DNA of 18,449 nt, taken from positions 1 through 18,449 of the forward strand of contig CAWETI010000004.1 of assembly GCA_963812015.1 (NCBI GenBank). Direction: 5' to 3'. Numbering within the stretch: position 1 is the first letter of the stretch; each line of letters opens with the position of its first letter. A model generated the notes under the pieces. The model saw only the letters and a list, made by a program, of their open reading frames with translations. It was not told the DNA's origin and searched no databases. Position numbers and translations under genes: made by a program. This document shows, one piece after another, positions 1 to 7,125 of the stretch. The stretch is from an uncultured delta proteobacterium (GTDB lineage Bacteria; Desulfobacterota; Desulfobaccia; Desulfobaccales; 0-14-0-80-60-11).

Positions 1-1288
1 TCAGGGGTTTTTGGGCCAAGGAAGCCCGGCGCAGCAGGAAGTGAAAGAGGCGCCGGTTCTGCAGGACCCGGCCCAGGAGCCGGTTTTTCAGGGGTTTGGC
101 GCCTTCCTGGGCCAGGATTTCCCCGTGCACTTCCTTGATGAGGCGGGGCAGGTCGATGCCCGCCGGGCACACCGCCTTGCAGGCCTGGCAATTGAGACAG
201 TTCTGGACGATGGCCCGGGCGTTGGCCCGCCCATGGTAGAAGTAAGTCAAGATCAGGCCGATGGCCCCGATGTAGACGTGGCCGTAGTTGTGGCCGCCCA
301 CCAGGCCGTAGATGGGGCAGACATTGGCGCAGGAGCCGCAGCGCACGCAGCGCAGGGCCTGGGAAAATACCGGGTCCCGGGACAGGGCCAGGCGGCCGTT
401 GTCCAGAAAAACGATGTGCATCTCCTTCTTGCCGCCGGGGCCGGGGCGGCACTCGTTGGCCCCGGTGATCCAGGAGACGTAAGAGGTGATGGTCTGGCCG
501 GTGGCCCGGGGAGGCAGAATTTTGAGAATGCGCAGGGCGGCGTGCAGATCGGGGAGCAGTTTGTCCACTCCCACCAGGGCCACGTGGACCCGGGGCAGGG
601 TGGTAACCAGGCGGGCATTGCCTTCGTTGCTGATGATGCCCAGGGTGCCGGTCTCGGCGATGGCGAAGTTGGCCCCGGAAATCCCCATGTCCGCGGTCAG
701 GAAGGCCTTGCGCAACTCCTGGCGGGCCACCTTCACCAGGTTGCCGATGTCGGGTTCCTGGGGCTCGCCGGTGACTTGGGCGAACAAATCCGCCACCTCC
801 TGCCGGGACAGATGGATGGCGGGCATGACCATGTGGGAGGGCCCTTCGTGGCGCAGTTGGATGATCCACTCCCCCAGGTCCGTTTCCACCACCTCCAGGC
901 CTTCGGCCTCCAGGTGGTGATTGAGGAAGGTCTCTTCTGCGGTCATGGACTTGGATTTGACCACCTTGCGCACCTGGTGCTCCTGGGCGATGGCGGCGAT
1001 GATCGCGTTGGCCTCATCCGCGGTGGCGGCCAGGTGCACCTTGGCCCCGGCGGCTTCGGCCCGGGCCTTGAAGGTCTCATACAGCTCTTCCAGGCGAGGT
1101 AAGGCCTCGTCCTTGCCCCGGGCGATTTCCCGGCGCAGGGCCTCGACGTCCACTCCCTGGAAGATCCGGGCCTGGGCGTCTTTATAAGCGGTGGCAAAGG
1201 TTCCCATGGCCGAGCGCAGAAATTTGTTATCCAGGGCCTGCTTCAGACGCTTTTTGTATTCCTGGAGATTTTGGGCCGTGTCGATCAT
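1..1288 (-). CDS. lldH: L-lactate dehydrogenase large Fe-S subunit (LldH/LdhH, LutB/LldF family); 3' end runs off the window
   Basis: Not in the ORF track; translated by hand from ATG 1288 (ATGA overlap with lldG stop): MIDTAQNLQEYKKRLKQALDNKFLRSAM...VVKSKSMTAEE...ETDLGEWIIQL...PSHMVMPAIH...MGISGANFAIAETG...NEGNARL...LRCVRCGSCANVCP...NCLNCQACKAVCP. LUD-domain motifs plus two 4Fe-4S motifs; open to position 2. Confidence 0.93.
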   Translation of the reverse strand, partial: MIDTAQNLQEYKKRLKQALDNKFLRSAMGTFATAYKDAQARIFQGVDVEALRREIARGKDEALPRLEELYETFKARAEAAGAKVHLAATADEANAIIAAIAQEHQVRKVVKSKSMTAEETFLNHHLEAEGLEVVETDLGEWIIQLRHEGPSHMVMPAIHLSRQEVADLFAQVTGEPQEPDIGNLVKVARQELRKAFLTADMGISGANFAIAETGTLGIISNEGNARLVTTLPRVHVALVGVDKLLPDLHAALRILKILPPRATGQTITSYVSWITGANECRPGPGGKKEMHIVFLDNGRLALSRDPVFSQALRCVRCGSCANVCPIYGLVGGHNYGHVYIGAIGLILTYFYHGRANARAIVQNCLNCQACKAVCPAGIDLPRLIKEVHGEILAQEGAKPLKNRLLGRVLQNRRLFHFLLRRASLAQKPL

Positions 1289-1839
1289 GATTTCCGGTCC
1301 TCTAAAATGAGTACGTGCAATTCCTGAGGACCGTGGACGCCGATGGTGAGGACCCGCTCGATGTCGGCGGTGCGGGAGGCCCCGGTAATGAAAGCCAGGT
1401 AACTGGGGGGCGAGGCCATCCGGCGGCGCATCTCAGCTTCCAGGGCCAGGGAATCGGGCTGCAGGCGGGATAAGGGTAAAACCGCCACGTGGGTTTCCGC
1501 CAGCATGGTGGCCAGTCGCAGGTCTTCGGAGCGGGAGTCCAAGACCAGGCTGCCGGTCTCGGCGATGCCCCAGTCGGCCAGGGTGAGGGCCGTGTGCAGG
1601 TCCGCGTGCTCCCGCAGGTTGTCCGCCACGAGGCTCACGCCGGCCCGGGCGCAGGCGGCCTCCAAAAGCCCCCGGGGTTTGCCCTGCCAACCGAAGGCCG
1701 CCATGGCCTTGCCCCCCTGCTTTGTGGTAAGATCGACGGCATAATCGAAGGCTGCGGGCATGTCCGGGATATCTTCGATCACTACCTGGACGGCCGCGGC
1801 CTTTTCCTTAAAGAGCTCCAACTCACTCTGTGGCCCCAT
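1285..1839 (-). CDS. lldG: Lactate utilization protein C family (LutC/LldG, LUD domain)
   Basis: Motifs GIAETGSLVL and FITGASRTADIERVLTIGVHGP; GGAGG RBS upstream of ATG; translationally coupled to lldH. Confidence 0.9.
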   Translation of the reverse strand: MGPQSELELFKEKAAAVQVVIEDIPDMPAAFDYAVDLTTKQGGKAMAAFGWQGKPRGLLEAACARAGVSLVADNLREHADLHTALTLADWGIAETGSLVLDSRSEDLRLATMLAETHVAVLPLSRLQPDSLALEAEMRRRMASPPSYLAFITGASRTADIERVLTIGVHGPQELHVLILEDRKS

Positions 1840-1900
1840 AGTTTACCTGCCTCCGGGTGAAGGGTGGGCAGCCTGGCGGGTCCGGCCGGGCCGCTCGCTT

Positions 1901-1917
1901 AATTGGTCAGACCAGCA
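1901..1917. promoter_or_regulatory. FadR-family (LldR/GlcC/PdhR-type) operator 1
   Basis: AATTGGTCAGACCAGCA, matches the AATTGGTnnnACCAATT palindrome; lies in the lldG leader. Confidence 0.8.
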
Positions 1918-1947
1918 GTCATTAGGCTCGAAATGTGCGTCTTTATA

Positions 1948-1964
1948 TATTGGTCTTACCACTT
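1948..1964. promoter_or_regulatory. FadR-family operator 2
   Basis: TATTGGTCTTACCACTT; overlaps + strand TTGACA (1963-1968) and the predicted start site of the - strand promoter. Confidence 0.8.
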
Positions 1965-1991
1965 GACAAAATAGTATGAAACCGCTAAATA
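1963..1991 (+). promoter_or_regulatory. Candidate sigma70 promoter for the GntR gene
   Basis: TTGACA 1963-1968, 17 bp, weak -10 TAAATA 1986-1991. Confidence 0.45.
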
Positions 1992-1999
1992 GTTGTCAA
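1971..1999 (-). promoter_or_regulatory. sigma70 promoter for lldG-lldH
   Basis: Minus strand TTGACA (1999-1994), 17-bp spacer, TACTAT (1976-1971). Confidence 0.75.
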
Positions 2000-2045
2000 G
2001 GGAAAAATTCACCGGGGCAGAAGTTCTGGGTGCATGGGGGAAATT

Positions 2046-2804
2046 ATGGCGGTGTTGCTGAAGCCCATTAAGGTCAAACGGGTGTCGGACCAGGCCTATG
2101 AGCAGATCCGCGACCTCATCTTCCGGGGCCAGCTCAAGCCCGGGGAGCAGCTCATGCCCGAGCGGGAGTTGGCCCAGGCCCTGGGGGTGAGCCGCCCCAC
2201 GGTCCGGGAGGCCATCAAGCAACTGGTGACCATGGGCCTCCTGGAGCACCGCCAGGGGCAGGGCACCTTCGTGCGCTCCATTGATGACCGGCGAGGACTC
2301 AATCCCCTGGCCGCCATGATCGAAGGGCACAACCCCACCCTGGAGGAACTCCTGGAGGTGAGGATGGGCCTGGAGGGCGAGGCAGTGAGCCTGGCGGCCC
2401 AGCGGGCCACCGCCGAAGACCTTTTGGTCCTGGAAAAGGCCCTCACCCATATGCTGGCGGAAAACCGGGCGGGCCGCCTGGGGATCGATGAAGACGTATC
2501 CTTTCACATGGCCATTGCCTTTGCCACCAAGAACACGGTGCAGGTCCACATCATGAAGACCTTTTACGACCTGCTCCACTATGGCATCAAAGAGAACCTC
2601 CACTACCTCTATGAAGACCCCGCCAACCTGGAAATAATCGGCCGGCAGCATACCGAGATTTTTCAAGGCATCAAGAACCATGACCCCGAGGCGGCCTACG
2701 CCGCCATGCAACGGCACATCACCTTTGTCCTGGATTTCGTCCGGGGCCGGCAGGCGAAACCTGTGCAGCCGGGGGAGGCCGCGGCGGCACGTGAGAGCCA
2801 TTAA
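2046..2804 (+). CDS. GntR-family, FadR-subfamily transcriptional regulator (LldR/GlcC-like)
   Basis: wHTH LKPGEQLMPERELAQALGVSRPTVREAIKQL...QGQGTFV plus FCD domain (DVSFHMAIA, QHTEIF). ATG 2046 preferred over 2034 because GGGGGA precedes it. Confidence 0.92.
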   Translation: MAVLLKPIKVKRVSDQAYEQIRDLIFRGQLKPGEQLMPERELAQALGVSRPTVREAIKQLVTMGLLEHRQGQGTFVRSIDDRRGLNPLAAMIEGHNPTLEELLEVRMGLEGEAVSLAAQRATAEDLLVLEKALTHMLAENRAGRLGIDEDVSFHMAIAFATKNTVQVHIMKTFYDLLHYGIKENLHYLYEDPANLEIIGRQHTEIFQGIKNHDPEAAYAAMQRHITFVLDFVRGRQAKPVQPGEAAAARESH

Positions 2805-2865
2805 TGGTGGCCCTGCCTTGAAAGATCAGACCGTTTGGCCGGGCCGAGATTTTCTCGGGAAATTA

Positions 2866-2909
2866 AATTGGTCATACCAGTTGACAGCGGCCCCGGCTGA
2901 GGCTATGAT
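2866..2909 (+). promoter_or_regulatory. FadR-family operator 3 plus sigma70 promoter of the glcD/glcF-like operon
   Basis: AATTGGTCATACCAGTT (2866-2882) overlapping TTGACA (2881-2886), 17 bp, TATGAT (2904-2909). Confidence 0.85.
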
Positions 2910-2954
2910 TTTTGAGAAGAAGAGCAGCGTTCCCTACCGGTAAAGGAGAAGGGT

Positions 2955-4355
2955 ATGGTCAGTGACCGCGTGGCAAAAGAATTCCAGCGGCTCCTGGGGA
3001 AAGACCAGGTCTTCCTCCAGGAAACCGACCGTCTCACCTATGCTTACGACGCCGCGGTGTTGGAACCCGTCCTGCCGGCCCTGGTGGTCAGGCCCAAATC
3101 CACGGAACTCCTGGGCCAGGTGGTGCGGCTGTGCAACGATAACGACCTGCCGTTGACCGTGCGAGGCGCCGGCACCAACCTGAGCGGCGGCACCATCCCC
3201 CATCCCGGAGGCGTGGTGGTGCTCACCAACGCCCTCAACCGCATCCTGGAGATCAATGCCGAGGACCTCTACGCCGTGGTCCAGCCCGGGGTGATCACCG
3301 CCAAACTGGCCCAGGCGGTGGAAGCCCAGGGGCTGTTTTATCCTCCCGACCCCGGCAGTCAAGCGGTGTCCACCCTGGGGGGCAACGTGGCCGAAAATGC
3401 CGGGGGCCTCCGGGGGCTTAAGTACGGCGTCACCCTGGATTACGTCATGGGCCTCAATTTTTTCTCCGCCGCGGGAGAGCCGGTGAAGACCGGGTCCCGC
3501 ACCGTCAAGTGCGTCACCGGCTACAATCTCATGGGCCTGCTGGTGGGCTCGGAAGGCACGTTGGGAGTCATCTCCGAGATCATCCTCAAGCTCATTCCCC
3601 TGCCCCAGGCCAAAAAGGCCATGCTGGCCACCTTTGACCAGGTCTCCCAGGCCTCGGAAACCGTGGCCGCCATCATCGCCAACCGTATCGTCCCGGCCAC
3701 CCTGGAGTTTTTGGACAACTTCACCATCCGCGCCGTGGAAGATTACAGCCATGCCGGGCTGCCGGTTGAGGCCGCGGCCCTCCTGCTCATCGAGGTGGAC
3801 GGCCACCCCGCGGTGGTGGCGGAGGAGGCCGAGAGGGTGGCGGCCATCTGCCGCCGGCACGGGGCCGCCGACGTGCAGGCCGCCAAAGACGACGCCGAAC
3901 GGGACCGGATATGGAGCGCCCGGCGGGCGGCCCTTTCGGCCCTGGCCAAGTTGAAACCCACCGTGGTCCTGGAGGACGCCACCGTCCCCCGGAGCAAAAT
4001 CCCGGCCATGATCCAGGCCATCGAAGGGATCAGCCGGCGCTTCGCTCTGCCCATCGGCACCTTCGGCCACGCCGGGGACGGCAATCTCCACCCCACCATC
4101 CTGACGGACCGCCGGAACGAGCAGGAGTGGCGCCGGGTGGAGGCCGCGGTGGACGCCATCTTTGAGGCGGCCCTGGGATTCGGGGGGACGCTGTCGGGCG
4201 AACACGGCATCGGAGCCGCCAAGTCCCGGTTCATGGAAAAGGAGGTGGGCCGGGGCACCATCCTCTACTCCCAACGCATCAAACAGGCCCTGGACCCCAA
4301 GAATATTCTCAACCCGGGGAAGAGCATTGGGGAGCTGTTAGCAGTTAGCTCTTAG
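2955..4355 (+). CDS. FAD-linked oxidase subunit, GlcD-like (probable D-lactate dehydrogenase Dld-II flavin subunit)
   Basis: RGAGTNLSGG, FYPPDPGS, GGNVAENAGG..GLKYGVT, GSEGTLG, GHAGDGNLH, LSGEHGIG motifs; AAGGAG RBS. D-lactate versus glycolate specificity inferred from context only. Confidence 0.9.
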   Translation: MVSDRVAKEFQRLLGKDQVFLQETDRLTYAYDAAVLEPVLPALVVRPKSTELLGQVVRLCNDNDLPLTVRGAGTNLSGGTIPHPGGVVVLTNALNRILEINAEDLYAVVQPGVITAKLAQAVEAQGLFYPPDPGSQAVSTLGGNVAENAGGLRGLKYGVTLDYVMGLNFFSAAGEPVKTGSRTVKCVTGYNLMGLLVGSEGTLGVISEIILKLIPLPQAKKAMLATFDQVSQASETVAAIIANRIVPATLEFLDNFTIRAVEDYSHAGLPVEAAALLLIEVDGHPAVVAEEAERVAAICRRHGAADVQAAKDDAERDRIWSARRAALSALAKLKPTVVLEDATVPRSKIPAMIQAIEGISRRFALPIGTFGHAGDGNLHPTILTDRRNEQEWRRVEAAVDAIFEAALGFGGTLSGEHGIGAAKSRFMEKEVGRGTILYSQRIKQALDPKNILNPGKSIGELLAVSS

Positions 4356-4382
4356 CAGTTAGCAGTTAGGGGTTAGGGGTTG
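4334..4382 (+). repeat. Tandem heptamer array (GCAGTTA-like x7)
   Basis: GCTGTTA GCAGTTA GCTCTTA GCAGTTA GCAGTTA GGGGTTA GGGGTTG; overlaps the last codons and stop of the GlcD-like gene. Confidence 0.85.
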
Positions 4383-4410
4383 CCAAGTATGGTTTATAAA
4401 TATTTTCACG

Positions 4411-4482
4411 TGTCATTCTGAGCGCCACCAGGAAGCCTGCTCTTGATAATAGATAAAATCCGTTGGTCCGTTCACGATGACA
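4411..4482. repeat. Degenerate GTCATT...ATGAC REP-like inverted repeat
   Basis: TGTCATTCTGAGCG (4411-4424) versus CGTTCACGATGACA (4469-4482), 11/14 Watson-Crick complementary. Confidence 0.55.
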
Positions 4483-4499
4483 AGCACTAAGGTTTTTTG

Positions 4500-4524
4500 G
4501 CTAACTGCTAACTGCTGACCGCTG
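4500..4524 (-). repeat. Inverted copy of the heptamer array (CTAACTG x2, CTGACCG)
   Basis: GCTAACTGCTAACTGCTGACCGCTG is the reverse complement of the (GCAGTTA)n array at 4334-4368. Confidence 0.8.
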
Positions 4525-4551
4525 CTTTTGCTGCTTTTAAGGAGAATCACC

Positions 4552-5859
4552 ATGTCCAGCCTCAAGGAGCTGGCCCGCCTCATGAAGGAGCTGGAAGACC
4601 AGCTGGTGACCTGCATGCGCTGCGGCCTCTGCCAGGCGGTGTGCCCGCTGTTCGCCGAAACCGGGCGGGAGGCCGACGTGGCCCGGGGCAAGCTGGCCCT
4701 CCTTTCCGGCTTGGCCCAGGAAATCCTCAAAAATCCCCAGGGCGTCCAGGATCATCTGAATCGCTGCCTGTTGTGCGGCTCCTGCGCCGCCAACTGTCCC
4801 AGCGGCGTCAAGGTCCTGGATATCTTTATCAAGGCCCGGGCCATCCTGGCCGGCTACATGGGGCTGTCCCCGGTGAAAAAGGCCCTCTTCCGGGGTCTCC
4901 TCAGCCAGCCGGACTGGTTCAACCGCATCCTGGCCTGGGGCGCCAAGTTCCAGGGGGTTTTTATCAAGCCGGTGGACGATCTCCTGGGCTCCTCTTGCGC
5001 CCGGTTCATGTCGCCGCTGTTGTCCGACCGGCACTTCAAACCCCTGGCGCCGATCCCCTGGCACCGGCAGGTTCCCCGGCGAGACACCGCCCCCGGCGCC
5101 TCTCACCTCAAGGTGGCCTTTTTCGTGGGCTGCCTCATCGACAAGATCTATCCCCAGGTGGGGGACGCTGTGCTCACGGTTTTGGAGCACCACGGGGCGG
5201 GGGTCTATCTCCCCGCCGGCCAGGGGTGCTGCGGCATTCCGGCCCTGTCCGGCGGCGACACCCAAACCTTCCAGCAGCTGGTGCGCCACAATCTCAAGCT
5301 TTTTGCGGATAAAGCCGCCTCCTGGGACTACCTGGTCACCGCCTGCGCCACCTGCAGCTCCACCATCAAGAAGCTGTGGCCCCTCATGATGCAGGATGCC
5401 CCGCCGGCAGAACAGGAGCGTATCAGCGCCCTGGCGGCCAAAACCCTGGACATCAGCCAGTTCCTGGTGGATACGTTGGGGGTCGGGCCCTCTGCCGCCG
5501 GCCCGGAGGACGGCCGGATCCCCATAACCTACCACGATCCCTGCCACCTGAAAAAATCCCTGGGGGTGGCGGCCCAGCCCCGGACCCTGCTCCAGGCCAA
5601 CCCCGCTTACATCCTTACGGAGATGCCCGAGTCCGACTGGTGCTGCGGCTGCGGCGGCAGCTTCAATCTCCAGCACTACGAGACCTCGGCGGCCATCGGC
5701 GCCCGCAAACGGGACAACATCTCTAAATCCCTCTGCCGGGTGGTGGCCACCGGCTGCCCCGCCTGCATGCTGCAGATCACCGACATGCTGTCCCAGGCCG
5801 GGTTGCGGGTTCAAGTGAAGCACACGGTGGAGATCTACGCCGAGGCCTTGAAGCAGTAA
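4552..5859 (+). CDS. Fe-S subunit, GlcF-like (probable D-lactate dehydrogenase Dld-II Fe-S/CCG subunit)
   Basis: CMRCGLCQAVCP and CLLCGSCAANCP ferredoxin motifs, two CCG domains (GCCGIP, YHDPCHL, WCCGCGG, GCPAC); TAAGGAG RBS before ATG 4552. Confidence 0.9.
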   Translation: MSSLKELARLMKELEDQLVTCMRCGLCQAVCPLFAETGREADVARGKLALLSGLAQEILKNPQGVQDHLNRCLLCGSCAANCPSGVKVLDIFIKARAILAGYMGLSPVKKALFRGLLSQPDWFNRILAWGAKFQGVFIKPVDDLLGSSCARFMSPLLSDRHFKPLAPIPWHRQVPRRDTAPGASHLKVAFFVGCLIDKIYPQVGDAVLTVLEHHGAGVYLPAGQGCCGIPALSGGDTQTFQQLVRHNLKLFADKAASWDYLVTACATCSSTIKKLWPLMMQDAPPAEQERISALAAKTLDISQFLVDTLGVGPSAAGPEDGRIPITYHDPCHLKKSLGVAAQPRTLLQANPAYILTEMPESDWCCGCGGSFNLQHYETSAAIGARKRDNISKSLCRVVATGCPACMLQITDMLSQAGLRVQVKHTVEIYAEALKQ

Positions 5860-5885
5860 CTCGTCAACTCCTCAATAACCTTGGC

Positions 5886-5914
5886 AGGCAGGGCCCGGCG
5901 CCCTGCCTCGTTTT
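5886..5914 (+). terminator. Possible intrinsic terminator after the GlcF-like gene
   Basis: 9-bp stem AGGCAGGGC/GCCCTGCCT with 5-nt loop followed by CGTTTT; U-tract is weak. Confidence 0.45.
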
Positions 5915-6158
5915 CGACTTCATTGCCATTGACCCTCATGGGCCGCGACTGACGCCGCGCCTTGCCTCCGGTATATCCTGTCATCGGCCCCTGGCAGCGG
6001 CAAAAAATTTGCCGGGGGACTGGCATCAAGCTTCGGCAAGGCTTAACTTATGGAAAAGCTTGGGCTCTGGTCCGCCGCATTTCCCCAGGCGGCGGGCGGG
6101 CCGGAACGGCCAGGGCCTCAGGCCGGCACGCAACCCTGAGAAGGCGAAGGAGTAAGGT

Positions 6159-6539
6159 ATGACCCCGGACACGGTGCAGGTGGTGATTTATGACGCCCCC
6201 GCGGCCCCATCCTCCGGCTGCGCCTGCGGCTGCGGCGGCCACCATGACCACGGAGAACGCGGCGAGCACGACGACCCCCTGGCCGGGGTCAGCCTGGAGA
6301 TGCAGGCCAAAGCCCTGGCCCTGACCCTGGACGCCGCCTTCCCCGGCAAAGTGCGGGTGGAGTATGTCAACGTGCTCACCGACCCCCGGGGGCCGAGTCT
6401 GCCCCAAACCGCCCTCCTCGGCTCCCAGTCCTACCCCAGCCCCATGGTTTACATCAATGGCCAGGGGCGGTTTGCCGGGGCCCTGCTCCCGGAGCGCATC
6501 CGGGAAGAGGTGGGAAAAATTCTAGAGAAGCACGAATAG
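6159..6539 (+). CDS. Hypothetical Cys/His-rich protein, possible thioredoxin-like (ArsD-like) metal-binding fold
   Basis: AAGGAG RBS; GC-rich codon usage like neighbours; VVIYDAP...GCACGCGGHHDHGERGEHDD insert and YPSPMVYINGQGRFAG C-terminus. Confidence 0.75.
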   Translation: MTPDTVQVVIYDAPAAPSSGCACGCGGHHDHGERGEHDDPLAGVSLEMQAKALALTLDAAFPGKVRVEYVNVLTDPRGPSLPQTALLGSQSYPSPMVYINGQGRFAGALLPERIREEVGKILEKHE

Positions 6540-6600
6540 TTGATCGCGAGATTTAGAGCGCCATATTCTATGCCCCTTAACCCTCGAGGGCCATTGCACG

Positions 6601-6622
6601 TCCCCCTTTTTGCAAAGGGGGA
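6601..6622. repeat. CCCCCTTT...AAAGGGGG REP-like palindrome
   Basis: TCCCCCTTTTTGCAAAGGGGGA; same family as the copies at 11013-11095. Confidence 0.65.
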
Positions 6623-6700
6623 AGAACTGCATCGGATTATTATGCGCTGATTGCAGCAAGCAAGTTAGCGTCAGACGCCCATGGCCAAAAGGACGCATCC

Positions 6701-6937
6701 ATGACCGCCGCCCCCGGCCCCCTCATCACCCTGCTCACCGATTTCGGCACCCGGGACGCTTACGCGGCCAGCCTGAAAGGCGTCATTCTGAGCCTCAATC
6801 CCGCCGCCGTGCTGGTGGATCTCAGTCACGAGGTGCCCCCCCAGGATGTCCGGGCCGGGGCTTTTATATTGGCCGAAGCGACCGCCTACTTCCCCCCGGG
6901 GGCCATTCACCTGGCCGTGGAGGTCCGCAAAGGGTAA
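6701..6937 (+). pseudogene. Truncated SAM hydrolase/halogenase family gene (DUF62), N-terminal part only
   Basis: LITLLTDFGTRDAYAASLKGVI...VDLSHEVPPQDV...YFPPGAIHLAV then diverges (EVRKG*) exactly where the conserved VDPGVG motif should follow; 78 aa versus about 260 aa typical. Confidence 0.85.
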
Positions 6938-6979
6938 GATGGGCGCGGAAAAAATGCGGCGCTCATTAAACCTATTGCA

Positions 6980-7020
6980 TTGACAGAGAAAAAACCGGTG
7001 CTATGATAATCATTCCTATT
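6980..7020 (+). promoter_or_regulatory. sigma70 promoter of cydAB with overlapping Fur-box-like sequence
   Basis: TTGACA 6980-6985, 16 bp, extended -10 TGcTATGAT (6999-7007); TGATAATCATTCCTA at 7004-7018. Confidence 0.6.
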
Positions 7021-7125
7021 CAGTAGTCGTTGATGATTGGCGACTTCCCCGGCGGCCGGGCTAAAGCGGATCGGCCCCCGGGTCCTGGGCGACCGATTCA
7101 AGCCGAAAGGAGGTAACGACACCTA

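Noticed and set aside
11..1102. 363-aa + strand ORF and other long antisense ORFs (1956-2801, 2934-4274, 4537-5823, 7123-7950, 17207-17995)
   Set aside because: Shadows of well-supported opposite-strand genes in high-GC DNA; no recognisable motifs.
4334..4524. CRISPR array
   Set aside because: Repeats are 7-nt tandem units without unique spacers; no cas genes.
6020..6040. sigma54 promoter (TGGCATCAAGCTTCG) upstream of the Cys/His protein
   Set aside because: The -24 GG is present but the invariant -12 GC is not at the required spacing.
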